From positions 146,206 to 210,205 of the forward strand of contig JAICWS010000005.1 of NCBI GenBank assembly GCA_025934695.1: 64,000 bases of DNA, read 5' to 3'. Origin of the DNA: Alphaproteobacteria bacterium (GTDB lineage: Bacteria > Pseudomonadota > Alphaproteobacteria > Micavibrionales > UBA2020). Below are positions 1 to 9,278 of this stretch, piece by piece. The first letter of the stretch is position 1. Every line of letters begins with the position of its first letter. Below the pieces are notes generated by a model. The model searched no databases. It was not told the DNA's origin and saw only the letters and a program-made list of their open reading frames with translations. Position numbers and translations under genes: made by a program.

Positions 1-602
1 GCTCGGACACCGAAAGCCGCATCCGCCATAACTTCGGCATGTCGCGGCCTGAAGGGTACCGCAAGGCCCAGCGCCTCCTGGACCTCGCCACCCAGTTCAA
101 GCTTCCCGTTGTGACCCTCGTGGATACGGCCGGGGCTTATCCCGGCATCGAGGCCGAGGAACGCGGCCAGTCCGAAGCCATCGCCAAATCCATTGAATCC
201 TGCCTGCGTGCGACCGTGCCCATCGTCTCGGTCATCATCGGCGAAGGCGGGTCGGGCGGCGCGATCGCGATCGCCACCGCCGACCGCGTCATGATGCTGG
301 AACATTCGATTTACTCAGTCATTTCGCCGGAAGGTTGCGCCTCGATCCTCTGGCGTTCGGCCGAATTCGCCAAGGATGCCGCCCGCGCGCTCAAACTGAC
401 GGCCCAGGACCTCAAGCAGCTCGGCATCATCGACGCGATCATCGAGGAACCGATGGGCGGCGCTCACCGCGAGCCCGACCGCACCGTCGACGTCGTCGGG
501 GACTACGTCGAAACGGCGCTGACCGAACTGTCGAAAATGGACGGCGACACGCTCAAACTGCGCCGCCGCCAGAAATATCTCGAAATGGGCCATACGGTTT
601 GA
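1..602 (+). CDS. accA: acetyl-CoA carboxylase carboxyltransferase subunit alpha (C-terminal part; 5' end outside window)
   Basis: Frame is open from the window edge to TGA 600-602. Contains [29 protein letters not shown] and [14 protein letters not shown], typical of AccA. Confidence 0.95.
   Translation, partial: SDTESRIRHNFGMSRPEGYRKAQRLLDLATQFKLPVVTLVDTAGAYPGIEAEERGQSEAIAKSIESCLRATVPIVSVIIGEGGSGGAIAIATADRVMMLEHSIYSVISPEGCASILWRSAEFAKDAARALKLTAQDLKQLGIIDAIIEEPMGGAHREPDRTVDVVGDYVETALTELSKMDGDTLKLRRRQKYLEMGHTV
546..602 (+). repeat. accA 3'-terminal 57 bp, copy 1 (functional gene end)
   Basis: Aligns without gaps to 1886..1942, with 50/57 identities by hand alignment. Confidence 0.85.
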
Positions 603-1813
603 TCACGGCCGCCGCTTCCGGTTTTCGCAATGCACTTAAATATGCCGACTGGTTGACGCCGGAACGATGCTGGCTATGGGCCCGCGCTTTTGCTTTCGCC
701 TGGATATTCCTTCTTATTTTCGATTTCGTGACCCATTCAACGCATGGCGTCATGGATGATAAGGGCGAGCATATCGGCCGCGACTACATCAATTACTGGG
801 CGGGCGCGAAACAGGCGATCGCGGGCAGAGCGCCCGCCGTCTACGACCTGACAGGCTTTTGGGACTATGAGAAGTCGCTTGTCGGCGACATTTCCGAAGC
901 CAAGATGTACAGCTATCCGCCCGTGCTTTTGCTTCTGACGCTGCCCCTGGGCCTCCTGCCTTTCCTGCCGGGCTATTTCCTCTGGAGCATTCTGGGCGTG
1001 GCGGCGGGAACATTGCTTCTGCGCGCGCAGACCGGATGGAAATGGCCACTGGCGTTGACCGCCGCTTTCGCCGCGCCAGCCTCGGCGTGGAATCTGATTG
1101 CCGGACAAAACGGATTTTTCACCGCTGTTTTCCTGGGCGGCGGGCTTCTCATGATGGGACGCCACCGCCCCATCCTCGGCGGGATTCTGCTGGGCTTTTT
1201 GTGTTACAAGCCGCAGCTTGGATTGCTGCTGCCGGTCGCCTTGCTTGCGGGGCGTGAATGGAAAGCTTTCTTCGCCGCTTCCGTCACGGTCGTTTCCGTC
1301 GTCGCTCTTTCTGCCTTGGTCTTCGGCATCAATGCCTGGCTCGGCTTTATTCACCAGGCACATACGCAGAGCATAATGCTGGATATGTCGCACTGGCCCT
1401 TGAGAATGCCGACGGCCTATGCCGCTTTGCGCGTTTTGCATGCTCCAGGTGTCCTTGCCTACGCAGCGCAGATCATATCAACGATCTGTGCCGCGGCCCT
1501 TGTGGCGAAAATCTGGCATAGCAAAACCTCCTATGCCGTCAAAAGCGCGGCGCTTTGCATGGCGGCATTCCTCGCCACACCCTATGCCTGGGACTACGAC
1601 ATGATCGTGCTGACCTGCGCGATGATCTGGATGATCATGGAAGCGCAGCGTACCGAATTCCTGCCGTGGGAAAAATTTACCTGGATGCTTGTCCTGTTGC
1701 TGCCGACGCCTCTCATGGCAGCCGCGCAGTTTTTAGGCTTTCAACCCGGCCCCTTCGTTCTCTGGGCGGCGCTCCTTCTGATCTTCCGCCGCTCGCGGCG
1801 CCTCAGCCCGTAA
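599..1813 (+). CDS. polytopic membrane glycosyltransferase-like protein (GT87/DUF2029-like)
   Basis: Many hydrophobic segments and a [17 protein letters not shown]...VYD region like DUF2029. The ORF-track start at 335 lies inside accA. I place the start at in-frame TTG 599, which overlaps the accA stop (TTGA). The start is uncertain. Confidence 0.6.
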   Translation: MITAAASGFRNALKYADWLTPERCWLWARAFAFAWIFLLIFDFVTHSTHGVMDDKGEHIGRDYINYWAGAKQAIAGRAPAVYDLTGFWDYEKSLVGDISEAKMYSYPPVLLLLTLPLGLLPFLPGYFLWSILGVAAGTLLLRAQTGWKWPLALTAAFAAPASAWNLIAGQNGFFTAVFLGGGLLMMGRHRPILGGILLGFLCYKPQLGLLLPVALLAGREWKAFFAASVTVVSVVALSALVFGINAWLGFIHQAHTQSIMLDMSHWPLRMPTAYAALRVLHAPGVLAYAAQIISTICAAALVAKIWHSKTSYAVKSAALCMAAFLATPYAWDYDMIVLTCAMIWMIMEAQRTEFLPWEKFTWMLVLLLPTPLMAAAQFLGFQPGPFVLWAALLLIFRRSRRLSP

Positions 1814-1885
1814 TCCTGCGGGTATCCTTACCGAAGCGATAGATGATCTGCTGGACCGCTTGCGTAAGGATTGGGGAATAAACGC

Positions 1886-1942
1886 GACAGGCTCAAGCTG
1901 CACCGCCGCCAGAAATATCTCGAAATAGGCCACACAGTCTGA
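1886..1942 (+). repeat. degenerate duplicate of the accA 3' terminus (gene-end remnant)
   Basis: Encodes DRLKLHRRQKYLEIGHTV* against acc[19 protein letters not shown], including the TGA. An in-frame TAA at 1865-1867 shows it is a remnant rather than a gene. Confidence 0.8.
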
Positions 1943-1948
1943 GGCGTC

Positions 1949-3943
1949 TTAGCTACGCGACCAAGTCGTCGCGCGCCGGATATCACGACCGAGCCGGTAG
2001 ATGATCGGCTGGACCTGCACCGACCAGTTCAGCACGCTCGCGATATAGGGGTGTTTCGCCTTCGCATCGGCGTAATAACGGTCATATGCCGAGCCGCTCG
2101 CATAGGGATTCGGAAACAGGCGGGGCAGCGCCAGCAGCATGCTGATGAACATGGCGGCGACGGCGGCGCGGCCGATATATAGCCAGCGTTTCTCGATCTT
2201 CTTTTTGCCCGAGAGCAGCACGAGGTCCATGAAGGCCATGAAGCCGCGCAGCAGCGTCAGCACCACGACCGACAGCGAGATGACGAGTGAAATGGCCGGA
2301 ATATAGACGGCCTCCACATAGTCCTTGCCCTCGTCCATGCCTGACTCCCAGGGCGGATATTTGTCCCTGTCCTTGTTGAGCTCGGCCATCATCTCGTCGA
2401 CGATCTTCTGGTTGCCGGGAAGAACGACTTTCTTGTAGAAATCATCCTCGCTCATGATGAGTTCGGCGGTGGTGGGAATATTGCCGACGCCGGCCGCGGC
2501 CAGGAATTTATCTTCGTCGAGGCCGGGCTGCAGCTTGTCCCCGAACCGCGCCTTCCAGGCGGCGCCGGCGCGGCTGCTGATCATGTCGGCGATGCTTTTG
2601 CCGAAGGTGGCCGGATCGTACTTCCAGTCCTTGGGCAGCGTGAACGAGGGCATGTTGAATCGCTGCTGGATCATGGGCTCGACGCTCTTGCGGATGCGTT
2701 CCTGCGTCGGCGGCTGAGCGGCGAAGGTCGCGCGGTCGGGAATATCGGAATGGTAGCCGGTGCGGTTATAGAATTCGCGCTCGGCGCGGTCCTTGGCCTC
2801 GGCCATCGTCTTGCGGATATCGACGTTCGGGCAGTTGCCGCCGCTGCAATAGGCGTTCACCCGCCCCGCATAGGGCAGCATCTGCTGCAGCGAAACGTCG
2901 GCAATGACGCTGGCGCTCTGCTTGTAATCATGGACGCCGTCCTGGTAGGTCTTCCAGCCTTGGTCGATGCCCGCTTCGACTTCGGCGACGGCCTTGTCCG
3001 CCTCCGCCTTCGCGGAGGCGGGGTCGGCGGCTTGCTTGTAAATCTCGGACGCTTTGAGGTAGGGTTGATAATATTTCCGGTCGACCTCGTCGAGATATTT
3101 GCCGCGCGTGTCGGAGACTTTCCTCACGTATTTGGCGTAGAGGTCTTTCGACGAAAACCAGGTCCCGCTGGCCGCCGCTTTCTGCACGATCTCGTCCTTG
3201 CGCGCTTTCAGGTCGTTCAGAACCTTGTCGGGCGCCAGCATCCACAGGCTGCTGATGACGATGCGTGCGGATTTCATGCTCGCTTCGCCGCGGCTGGCGT
3301 CGCAGAACTGCAAACCACCCACGTCCAGCTTGCAGTCCTCAAGCCCGCCGCGCAGCATGAGGATGTACCGCGCATCCTGTCGCGTCTCCCAGGTCGTCCT
3401 GTCGATGAGGTAGCGCTCGATCAGCAGCTTCTGGCCCAGGAACATGGCGGGCCAGGCCATCAGGACGAGCCCGACGATCAGGTGAACCCGGAACTTCCCT
3501 GCGCTCAGCAGCACCGCGGCAAAACCCAGGAATGGCAGCATGGAGATTTGCGCGTCCCAAGGCTCGTCGTTCTGCGGCGCAGTCGTATTGTTGATAACGC
3601 CGAAGATGGCGTCGGCGAATTCCATGAGGAATGGAATAAAGCTGAAAGCGGCGAGCATGCCGAAGAGGGCCCAATGGCGCTTGTCCTTGAGCTGAAATCC
3701 GAAGGTCGCGAAAACGCCGATCGTCAGCAGCGAAAACCCATAACCCGATACCGCCCGGCCGAAATGCTGGAGGCTGCGGATGTCATCGGGATTGGATTTG
3801 ACGCTGCCCGCGACCTCGACGAGCTTCATGTTGAACAGCGCCTCCGCACCGATGTAGACCGTGCTCAAGGCAAGCAGCGCGAGGCCGAACGGCGAAAACA
3901 GCCGTTTCAGATTGTCTTTGCTGGAATGTTTGCCTCCGCCCAT
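1949..3943 (-). CDS. large hypothetical membrane protein (N- and C-terminal TM bundles around a ~350-aa soluble domain)
   Basis: 664-aa ORF with high GC3. Hydrophobic helices at both ends and a charged central region (KAEADKAVAEVEAG, CSGGNCPN). I recognise no family. Confidence 0.7.
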   Translation of the reverse strand: MGGGKHSSKDNLKRLFSPFGLALLALSTVYIGAEALFNMKLVEVAGSVKSNPDDIRSLQHFGRAVSGYGFSLLTIGVFATFGFQLKDKRHWALFGMLAAFSFIPFLMEFADAIFGVINNTTAPQNDEPWDAQISMLPFLGFAAVLLSAGKFRVHLIVGLVLMAWPAMFLGQKLLIERYLIDRTTWETRQDARYILMLRGGLEDCKLDVGGLQFCDASRGEASMKSARIVISSLWMLAPDKVLNDLKARKDEIVQKAAASGTWFSSKDLYAKYVRKVSDTRGKYLDEVDRKYYQPYLKASEIYKQAADPASAKAEADKAVAEVEAGIDQGWKTYQDGVHDYKQSASVIADVSLQQMLPYAGRVNAYCSGGNCPNVDIRKTMAEAKDRAEREFYNRTGYHSDIPDRATFAAQPPTQERIRKSVEPMIQQRFNMPSFTLPKDWKYDPATFGKSIADMISSRAGAAWKARFGDKLQPGLDEDKFLAAAGVGNIPTTAELIMSEDDFYKKVVLPGNQKIVDEMMAELNKDRDKYPPWESGMDEGKDYVEAVYIPAISLVISLSVVVLTLLRGFMAFMDLVLLSGKKKIEKRWLYIGRAAVAAMFISMLLALPRLFPNPYASGSAYDRYYADAKAKHPYIASVLNWSVQVQPIIYRLGRDIRRATTWSRS

Positions 3944-4041
3944 TCCCGGATTGTACCACGCGAGTTTTGATAAAATATAAACGCGCCCCGCGAATGAAGC
4001 TCGCTTGGCTTACAGTAAATATGGAATTGATCTAAACCGGA

Positions 4042-4302
4042 TTAAGGCAGATATTTGTCGAGGATTGCCTTCACCCGCTTGCGGGCGGCGTCCTTGTCCT
4101 GCGAGCCGGGCCTCAAGCTATTGGTAATGGCGTCCAGCGTCAGCTCTTTGGGCATATGCGAGAGCCGGTTGAAATACTGATGCAGGATATGGTCGATCGG
4201 GTCTTCCTTCGCCACGGTTTCGGGCCCCGGTTCCTTGTCGCCGAAATCTTTCAGCAGCTCTTCTTTTACTTTTTTGATATCAACCACGAGGGATCTCCAC
4301 AT
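4042..4302 (-). CDS. small hypothetical protein
   Basis: ORF 4042..4329. The internal ATG at 4302 (MWRSLVVDIKK...) has a GAGGAT Shine-Dalgarno 6 nt upstream. Confidence 0.45.
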   Translation of the reverse strand: MWRSLVVDIKKVKEELLKDFGDKEPGPETVAKEDPIDHILHQYFNRLSHMPKELTLDAITNSLRPGSQDKDAARKRVKAILDKYLP

Positions 4303-4504
4303 TGTTCGATCCTCTACACCCGCCGTCATGAAATTTTGAATAATTCCGGTCAGTTAATACCCATAAAGCGGCCGAGTCAACGTTAAATTTTCAACCCCCT
4401 ATTGAAATATGGTAAAATAAATTAAATAAGCTTTATCAATGGGAAGAGAGCGCCCAGCCAAGCGAAGCCTTGTCATCACAAGGCAGGAAAGTCATAATTT
4501 GCCG

Positions 4505-5134
4505 ATGTGGAATTTCAGATTCACCTTCCTGGGGGAAAACTCCGACGAAACGTTGCCGGCCTTGCGCAAGGGCTGCGATATTTCGGGTTGCCCGCACCAG
4601 GGTGAATACCGTGCGCCCAAGTCGCGCTACGACCTGCGCAGCTATTACTGGTTCTGCATCGACCATGTGCGCGAATACAACCAGAACTGGGACTTCTTCA
4701 AGGGCATGAGCCGCTCGGAGATCGAGCATCACATGCACAAGACCGCCGTCTGGGACCGCCCCACCTGGCGCATGACCCAGGCCGGCTTCAACGAGGAACA
4801 GACCCGCCAGCGCGTCTATGAGGCCTTCGCGCGTGGCGAAAGCGTTTTCGGCGATTTCAACGGGCGCGGTCAGGAAGAGGAAGAGCCCAAGGAAGCCCAC
4901 ATCGACGTCGGCGCCATTCCGCACCCGTCGCTGGAGGCGCTGGCCGTCATAGGCTTGGCCCCGCCGATCCAGTGGGATGAAATCAAGGCCCGCTATAAAC
5001 AGTTAGTCAAGAAGTACCACCCCGACACGAACGGGGAGGACAAGGAATCGGAAGAGCGGCTGAAGAAGATCAACCTCGCCTATTCCATCCTCAAGCTGTC
5101 GTATCAACATTACATCAAACTGGACGAAACATGA
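4505..5134 (+). CDS. J-domain protein with Cys/His-rich N-terminal region
   Basis: C-terminal J domain ([18 protein letters not shown]...[12 protein letters not shown]). The stop overlaps the cobS ATG (ATGA at 5131-5134). Start taken at MWNFRF; the ORF-track start at 4439 is also possible. Confidence 0.75.
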   Translation: MWNFRFTFLGENSDETLPALRKGCDISGCPHQGEYRAPKSRYDLRSYYWFCIDHVREYNQNWDFFKGMSRSEIEHHMHKTAVWDRPTWRMTQAGFNEEQTRQRVYEAFARGESVFGDFNGRGQEEEEPKEAHIDVGAIPHPSLEALAVIGLAPPIQWDEIKARYKQLVKKYHPDTNGEDKESEERLKKINLAYSILKLSYQHYIKLDET

Positions 5135-6111
5135 CCGTCACCACGAACCCCAGTCTCAAGCGCGTTCCCGATATCATGGTCTCGGTCAAGCAGCTGTTCG
5201 GCATCGACACTGAAGACCTGCAGGTGCCGGCCTTTTCGCAGAAATGGGATAACGTGCCCGACGTGGACGAGGCCTATCGCTTCGACAAGAACACGACGCT
5301 TGCCATCCTCGCTGGCTTCGCGCACAACAAGCGCGTGATGGTCCAGGGCTATCACGGCACGGGTAAGTCGACGCATATCGAACAGGTGGCCGCGCGTCTT
5401 AACTGGCCCTGCGTGCGCATCAACCTCGACAGCCATGTGAGCCGCATCGACCTGATCGGCAAGGACGTCATCACCCTGCGCGAAGGCAAGCAGATCACCG
5501 AATTCAAGGAAGGCATCCTGCCCTGGGCGCTCAAAAATCCCGTCGCCATCGTCTTCGACGAATACGACGCGGGCCGTCCGGACGTCATGTTCGTCATCCA
5601 ACGCGTGCTGGAAGCCGAAGGCAAGCTGACGCTGCTCGACCAGAATGAAGTCATCCGCCCGCACCCCGCGTTCCGCATCTTTGCGACGACGAACACAGTG
5701 GGCTTAGGGGACACGACCGGCCTCTACCACGGCACGCAGCAGATCAACCAAGGCCAGATGGACCGCTGGAACATCGTGGCGACCCTAAACTATTTGTCGC
5801 CCGAAGAGGAAATCGAGATCGTCCTTGCCCGGGTGCCAGCCTACAAGACCGACGAAGGCAAGAAAACCATCGCCGCCATGGTGCGCATGGCGAACCTGAC
5901 GCGCAAAGGCTTCATCGCGGGCGACCTGTCGACCGTCATGTCTCCGCGCACCGTCATCCATTGGGCCGAAAACGCGCAGATCGTGGGCGACATCGACTTC
6001 GCCTTCCAGCTCACCTTCCTCAACAAGTGCGACGATCTGGAGAAGTCGGTGGTATCCGAATATTACCAGCGCTGCTTCGACCGCGCGCTGATCAAGACGA
6101 AGGAAGATTGA
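5131..6111 (+). CDS. cobS: cobaltochelatase subunit CobS-like AAA+ (MoxR-type) ATPase
   Basis: Walker A at [33 protein letters not shown] and RIFATTNT blocks are typical of CobS. Confidence 0.9.
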   Translation: MTVTTNPSLKRVPDIMVSVKQLFGIDTEDLQVPAFSQKWDNVPDVDEAYRFDKNTTLAILAGFAHNKRVMVQGYHGTGKSTHIEQVAARLNWPCVRINLDSHVSRIDLIGKDVITLREGKQITEFKEGILPWALKNPVAIVFDEYDAGRPDVMFVIQRVLEAEGKLTLLDQNEVIRPHPAFRIFATTNTVGLGDTTGLYHGTQQINQGQMDRWNIVATLNYLSPEEEIEIVLARVPAYKTDEGKKTIAAMVRMANLTRKGFIAGDLSTVMSPRTVIHWAENAQIVGDIDFAFQLTFLNKCDDLEKSVVSEYYQRCFDRALIKTKED

Positions 6112-6120
6112 AGTACCATT

Positions 6121-6222
6121 CCACCCCGGACTTGTTCCGGGGTCCAAAAGGCCATCCGGCCGTCACATGACTCATATGACGCGCAGACGCGCTTTTGGAT
6201 GCCGGAACAAGTCCGGCATGGC
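6121..6222. mobile_element. MITE-like palindromic element, copy 1 (between cobS and cobT)
   Basis: Terminal inverted repeats CCACCCCGGACTTGTTCCGGGGTCCAAAAG ... CTTTTGGATGCCGGAACAAGTCCGGCATGG. A second, inverted and slightly longer copy is at 19332..19445. Confidence 0.75.
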
Positions 6223-6239
6223 CACAGGAGAGATTGCAC

Positions 6240-8099
6240 GTGACCGACGCCAGCGATCCGGTAGAAAATTTCAAGCACGCCACGCAATCGACCGCGCGGG
6301 CGCTCTCGGGCCGCGAGGATATCGATGTCAGCTTCGGCGGGCATATCGCTGAGCTGTCGGATAAATCGATCAAGCTCCCGGCTCTTCCCAAGAACCTCGA
6401 GGACAATGAAGCGCAGCTGATACGTGGCCTCGCGGATACATTTGCCTTGCGCATCCATTATCATGACGCCACGCTGCACCAGAAACTGACGCCCGCCGAA
6501 CCACGCGCCCGCGCGGCTTACCAAGCACTGGAGGAAGCGCGCATCGAGGCGGTCGGCACGGCAGATTATCCGGGCGTCGCCTCGAACATCGAGGCCGCGC
6601 TGAAGGCCGAAGCCAAGCGTCAGCGGCTCGAGCAGGTCTCGAACATGGACGATGCGCCGCTGTCGGAAGCCATCCGTTTCATCGCGCGCGAAAGCTTCAC
6701 GGGCCGCAAAGCGCCGAAGGAAGCGCAGCGCGTCATCAAGGTCTGGAAGCAATGGCTGGTCCAGCATTTGGGCGAAGACGGCTTCGATGCGCTTAAAAAA
6801 TCGCTTTCCGACCAGGAATCTTTCGCGAAGATCGCGCACCAGCTGATCGACCGCATGGACATGACCTCTACGCCGGCGGAGCCGCCGCCCGCCTCCGAAC
6901 AGGGCGAAGATCAGGACGACCAGAAGAAGGACGACAAGAGCAAGAGCGCCGAGGATAATTCGCAATCGAAAAGCACGCCGCCCGTCGGCATGACCGAGGA
7001 ATCGGAAGCCGGCGACATGGCCGAGCAGGACGCCGAGACGATGGGCGGCCAGGAGATCGACGACCAGGACGCGGTCGAAGATGCCGAGGAGCGCGAAAGC
7101 CAGCGCCGCGCCAACCCGCGCGACGGCGGCATGAACCAGCTTTATGCCGATTACAATATCTACACGAACCATTTCGACGAGGTCGTCAACGCCAAGGACC
7201 TGTGCGAGCCCGAGGAGCTGCAAAAGCTGCGCAAGATGCTGGACAAGCAGCTGACGCACCTGCACGGCGTCATCACGCGCCTCGCAAACCGTCTGCAGAG
7301 AAAATTAATGGCGCAGCAGACGCGCTCCTGGCAGTTCGACCTCGAGGAAGGCATTCTCGACAGCGCCCGCCTCTCGCGCGCCATCGCCAATCCCTATTTC
7401 CCGGTCAGCTACAAGCAGGAAAGCGAAACCGAATTCCGCGACACGGTCGTCACGCTGCTGATCGACAATTCCGGCTCGATGCGCGGGCGGCCCATCACCA
7501 TCGCCGCGATGAGCACCGATATTCTCGCCCGCACGCTCGAGCGCTGCGGCGTGAAGGTCGAAATTCTCGGCTTCACGACGCGCGCCTGGAAGGGCGGCTC
7601 GGCCCGCGAAAAATGGCTCTCCGACGGCAAGCCCGGCAATCCGGGGCGCCTGAACGACCTGCGCCATATCATCTATAAATCCGCCGACACACCATGGCGC
7701 CATACGCGCGCGAACCTCGGCCTGATGCTGCGCGAAGGCCTGCTGAAAGAAAACATCGACGGCGAAGCCCTGCTCTGGGCCTACAACCGCCTGATGTCGC
7801 GGCCCGAACAGCGCAAGATCCTGATGGTCATTTCCGACGGCGCGCCGGTCGATGACTCGACGCTCTCGGCCAACCAGGGCAATTACCTTGAGGAGCATCT
7901 GCGCCGCGTCATCCACTGGATCGAAGCCAAGACGCCGATCCAGCTTCTCGCCATCGGCATCGGCCATGACGTCACGCGCTATTACCAGCGCGCGGTGACG
8001 CTTGTCGATGCCGAAGAGCTCGGCGGCGCGATCACCGAAAAGCTCGCCGAGCTGTTCGGCGAGACGCCGCCGAAGTCCGGCAAACGGCGGCTGCACTGA
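6240..8099 (+). CDS. cobT: cobaltochelatase subunit CobT-like vWA-domain protein
   Basis: Acidic middle region and a C-terminal vWA/MIDAS block ([14 protein letters not shown]). Start set at GTG 6240 with GGAGAG upstream, because the ORF-track ATG 6195 lies inside the MITE. Confidence 0.88.
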   Translation: MTDASDPVENFKHATQSTARALSGREDIDVSFGGHIAELSDKSIKLPALPKNLEDNEAQLIRGLADTFALRIHYHDATLHQKLTPAEPRARAAYQALEEARIEAVGTADYPGVASNIEAALKAEAKRQRLEQVSNMDDAPLSEAIRFIARESFTGRKAPKEAQRVIKVWKQWLVQHLGEDGFDALKKSLSDQESFAKIAHQLIDRMDMTSTPAEPPPASEQGEDQDDQKKDDKSKSAEDNSQSKSTPPVGMTEESEAGDMAEQDAETMGGQEIDDQDAVEDAEERESQRRANPRDGGMNQLYADYNIYTNHFDEVVNAKDLCEPEELQKLRKMLDKQLTHLHGVITRLANRLQRKLMAQQTRSWQFDLEEGILDSARLSRAIANPYFPVSYKQESETEFRDTVVTLLIDNSGSMRGRPITIAAMSTDILARTLERCGVKVEILGFTTRAWKGGSAREKWLSDGKPGNPGRLNDLRHIIYKSADTPWRHTRANLGLMLREGLLKENIDGEALLWAYNRLMSRPEQRKILMVISDGAPVDDSTLSANQGNYLEEHLRRVIHWIEAKTPIQLLAIGIGHDVTRYYQRAVTLVDAEELGGAITEKLAELFGETPPKSGKRRLH

Positions 8100-8100
8100 G

Positions 8101-9081
8101 ATGAAAGCCTTCCTCCTCGACAAACCCGGCGCGCCTGAAAGCCTGCGGCTTGGCGACGCGCCGCTGCCGCAACCGGGCGCGGGACAAGTGCGCGTGAAGG
8201 TCGAGGCCGTCGGCCTTAATCCTGTCGATTACAAGCTGATCGAGCGCGGCCATGCCCTGTGGTCCTATCCCTTCATTCCGGGCGTCGATGCGGCAGGCAT
8301 TGTCGACGCCGTTGGCGCCGGCGTATCAAAATGGAAAACGGGGGACCGGGTCTATTATCACGGCGATTTGCGGCGGCCCGGCGCTTTCGCGGAATTCGGG
8401 CTGGCGGACGCTCATGCGATCGCCGCCATTCCAGCCAATGTGACCAAGGAGCAGGCAGCGGCGCTGCCGACGGCGGGTTTTACGGCCTGGCAGTGCGTTT
8501 ACGGCCGCGCGCGCCTCGATGCGGGAATGACCATTCTCGTCCATGGCGGATCGGGCGGTGTGGGCGGTTTTGGCGTTCAGATGGCGCGCCGTCTTGGCCT
8601 TACCGTTTTCTCCACCGCTTCGCCGCAAAATGCGGCGCGCGTAACCGCCTTGGGTGCCGCGCATGTCATCGATTACAAATCCGACGTCGCGGCCCGCGTT
8701 CGCGAGCTGACGAACGGCCGTGGCGTCGACGCTGTCATCGACACCGTCGGGCCCGACAGCGCGACGCAATCCCTGCGCCTGCTGGCCTTCGGCGGTCATG
8801 TGATGTGCGTGTTGGGGCTGCCCGACTTCTCGGCCTGGCAACCCTTTACGAAAGCGATCTCCGTCCATGAAATCGCCCTCGGCGCGGCCTATGCCTCGGG
8901 CGATCCCGCGGCCATCGCGAAACTGGCGCAGGCCGGAGAAGAGGTCGCCACCCTGGTTGCGCACGGCCATATCGACCCGCTGGTGGGCCTCGTCGTTCCT
9001 TTTGCCGAACTGCCGCAGGCCTTAAGCAAGCTGCACCGCCGCGAAGTTCCGGCCGGAAAAGTCGTCGTCCGGGTCGACTAG
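8101..9081 (+). CDS. zinc-type alcohol dehydrogenase / NADPH:quinone oxidoreductase family (MDR)
   Basis: MKAFLLDKPGAPESLRLGD...VRVKVEAVGLNPVDYK and an HGGSGGVGGFGVQ nucleotide-binding motif. ATG lies 1 nt after the cobT stop. Confidence 0.85.
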   Translation: MKAFLLDKPGAPESLRLGDAPLPQPGAGQVRVKVEAVGLNPVDYKLIERGHALWSYPFIPGVDAAGIVDAVGAGVSKWKTGDRVYYHGDLRRPGAFAEFGLADAHAIAAIPANVTKEQAAALPTAGFTAWQCVYGRARLDAGMTILVHGGSGGVGGFGVQMARRLGLTVFSTASPQNAARVTALGAAHVIDYKSDVAARVRELTNGRGVDAVIDTVGPDSATQSLRLLAFGGHVMCVLGLPDFSAWQPFTKAISVHEIALGAAYASGDPAAIAKLAQAGEEVATLVAHGHIDPLVGLVVPFAELPQALSKLHRREVPAGKVVVRVD

Positions 9082-9093
9082 ATTTCTCTTCCA

Positions 9094-9201
9094 CCACCCC
9101 GGCGAAAGTCGGGGTCCAGTTTATAAACACACTACCTCGACATATTTTATGAGATAGAAGTTAAATAACTGGACCCCGACTTTCGTCGGGGTGGTTTTTT
9201 T
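9094..9201. repeat. palindromic hairpin-repeat element (full, two arms) with T-run; probable terminator
   Basis: Arms are CCACCCCGGCGAAAGTCGGGGTCCAGTT (9094-9121) and AACTGGACCCCGACTTTCGTCGGGGTGG (9167-9194), followed by TTTTTTT. Confidence 0.8.
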
Positions 9202-9278
9202 ATTCGATTTTCCAGCCAAAATTCGTATTTATTCACAGCGATGGCTGGGCTACTATCGCCACACAAGGCGGTATTCCC

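Noticed and set aside
335-598. ORF-track N-terminal extension of the GT87-like ORF.
   Set aside because: It overlaps the accA coding region in another frame and translates to Arg/Pro-rich nonsense. The membrane protein most plausibly starts at TTG 599.
6195-6239. ATG 6195 as the cobT start.
   Set aside because: The first 15 codons ([15 protein letters not shown]) are the translated arm of the MITE. GTG 6240 has a GGAGAG Shine-Dalgarno and starts the conserved CobT sequence.
6063-7265. Long antisense or off-frame ORFs across well-supported genes: 2750..3970, 6063..7265, 11773..13206, 15824..17002, 17118..18350, 17153..18427, 46177..47475, 49744..51531, 51574..52947, 60792..62171 and 62350..63576.
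   Set aside because: They lie opposite to or out of frame with genes that have clear family signatures (cobT, clpX, GS-like, PuuB-like, mtaB, smc, kbl, tdh). Their translations are Arg/Ala/Gly-rich low-complexity strings, typical of shadow ORFs in high-GC DNA.
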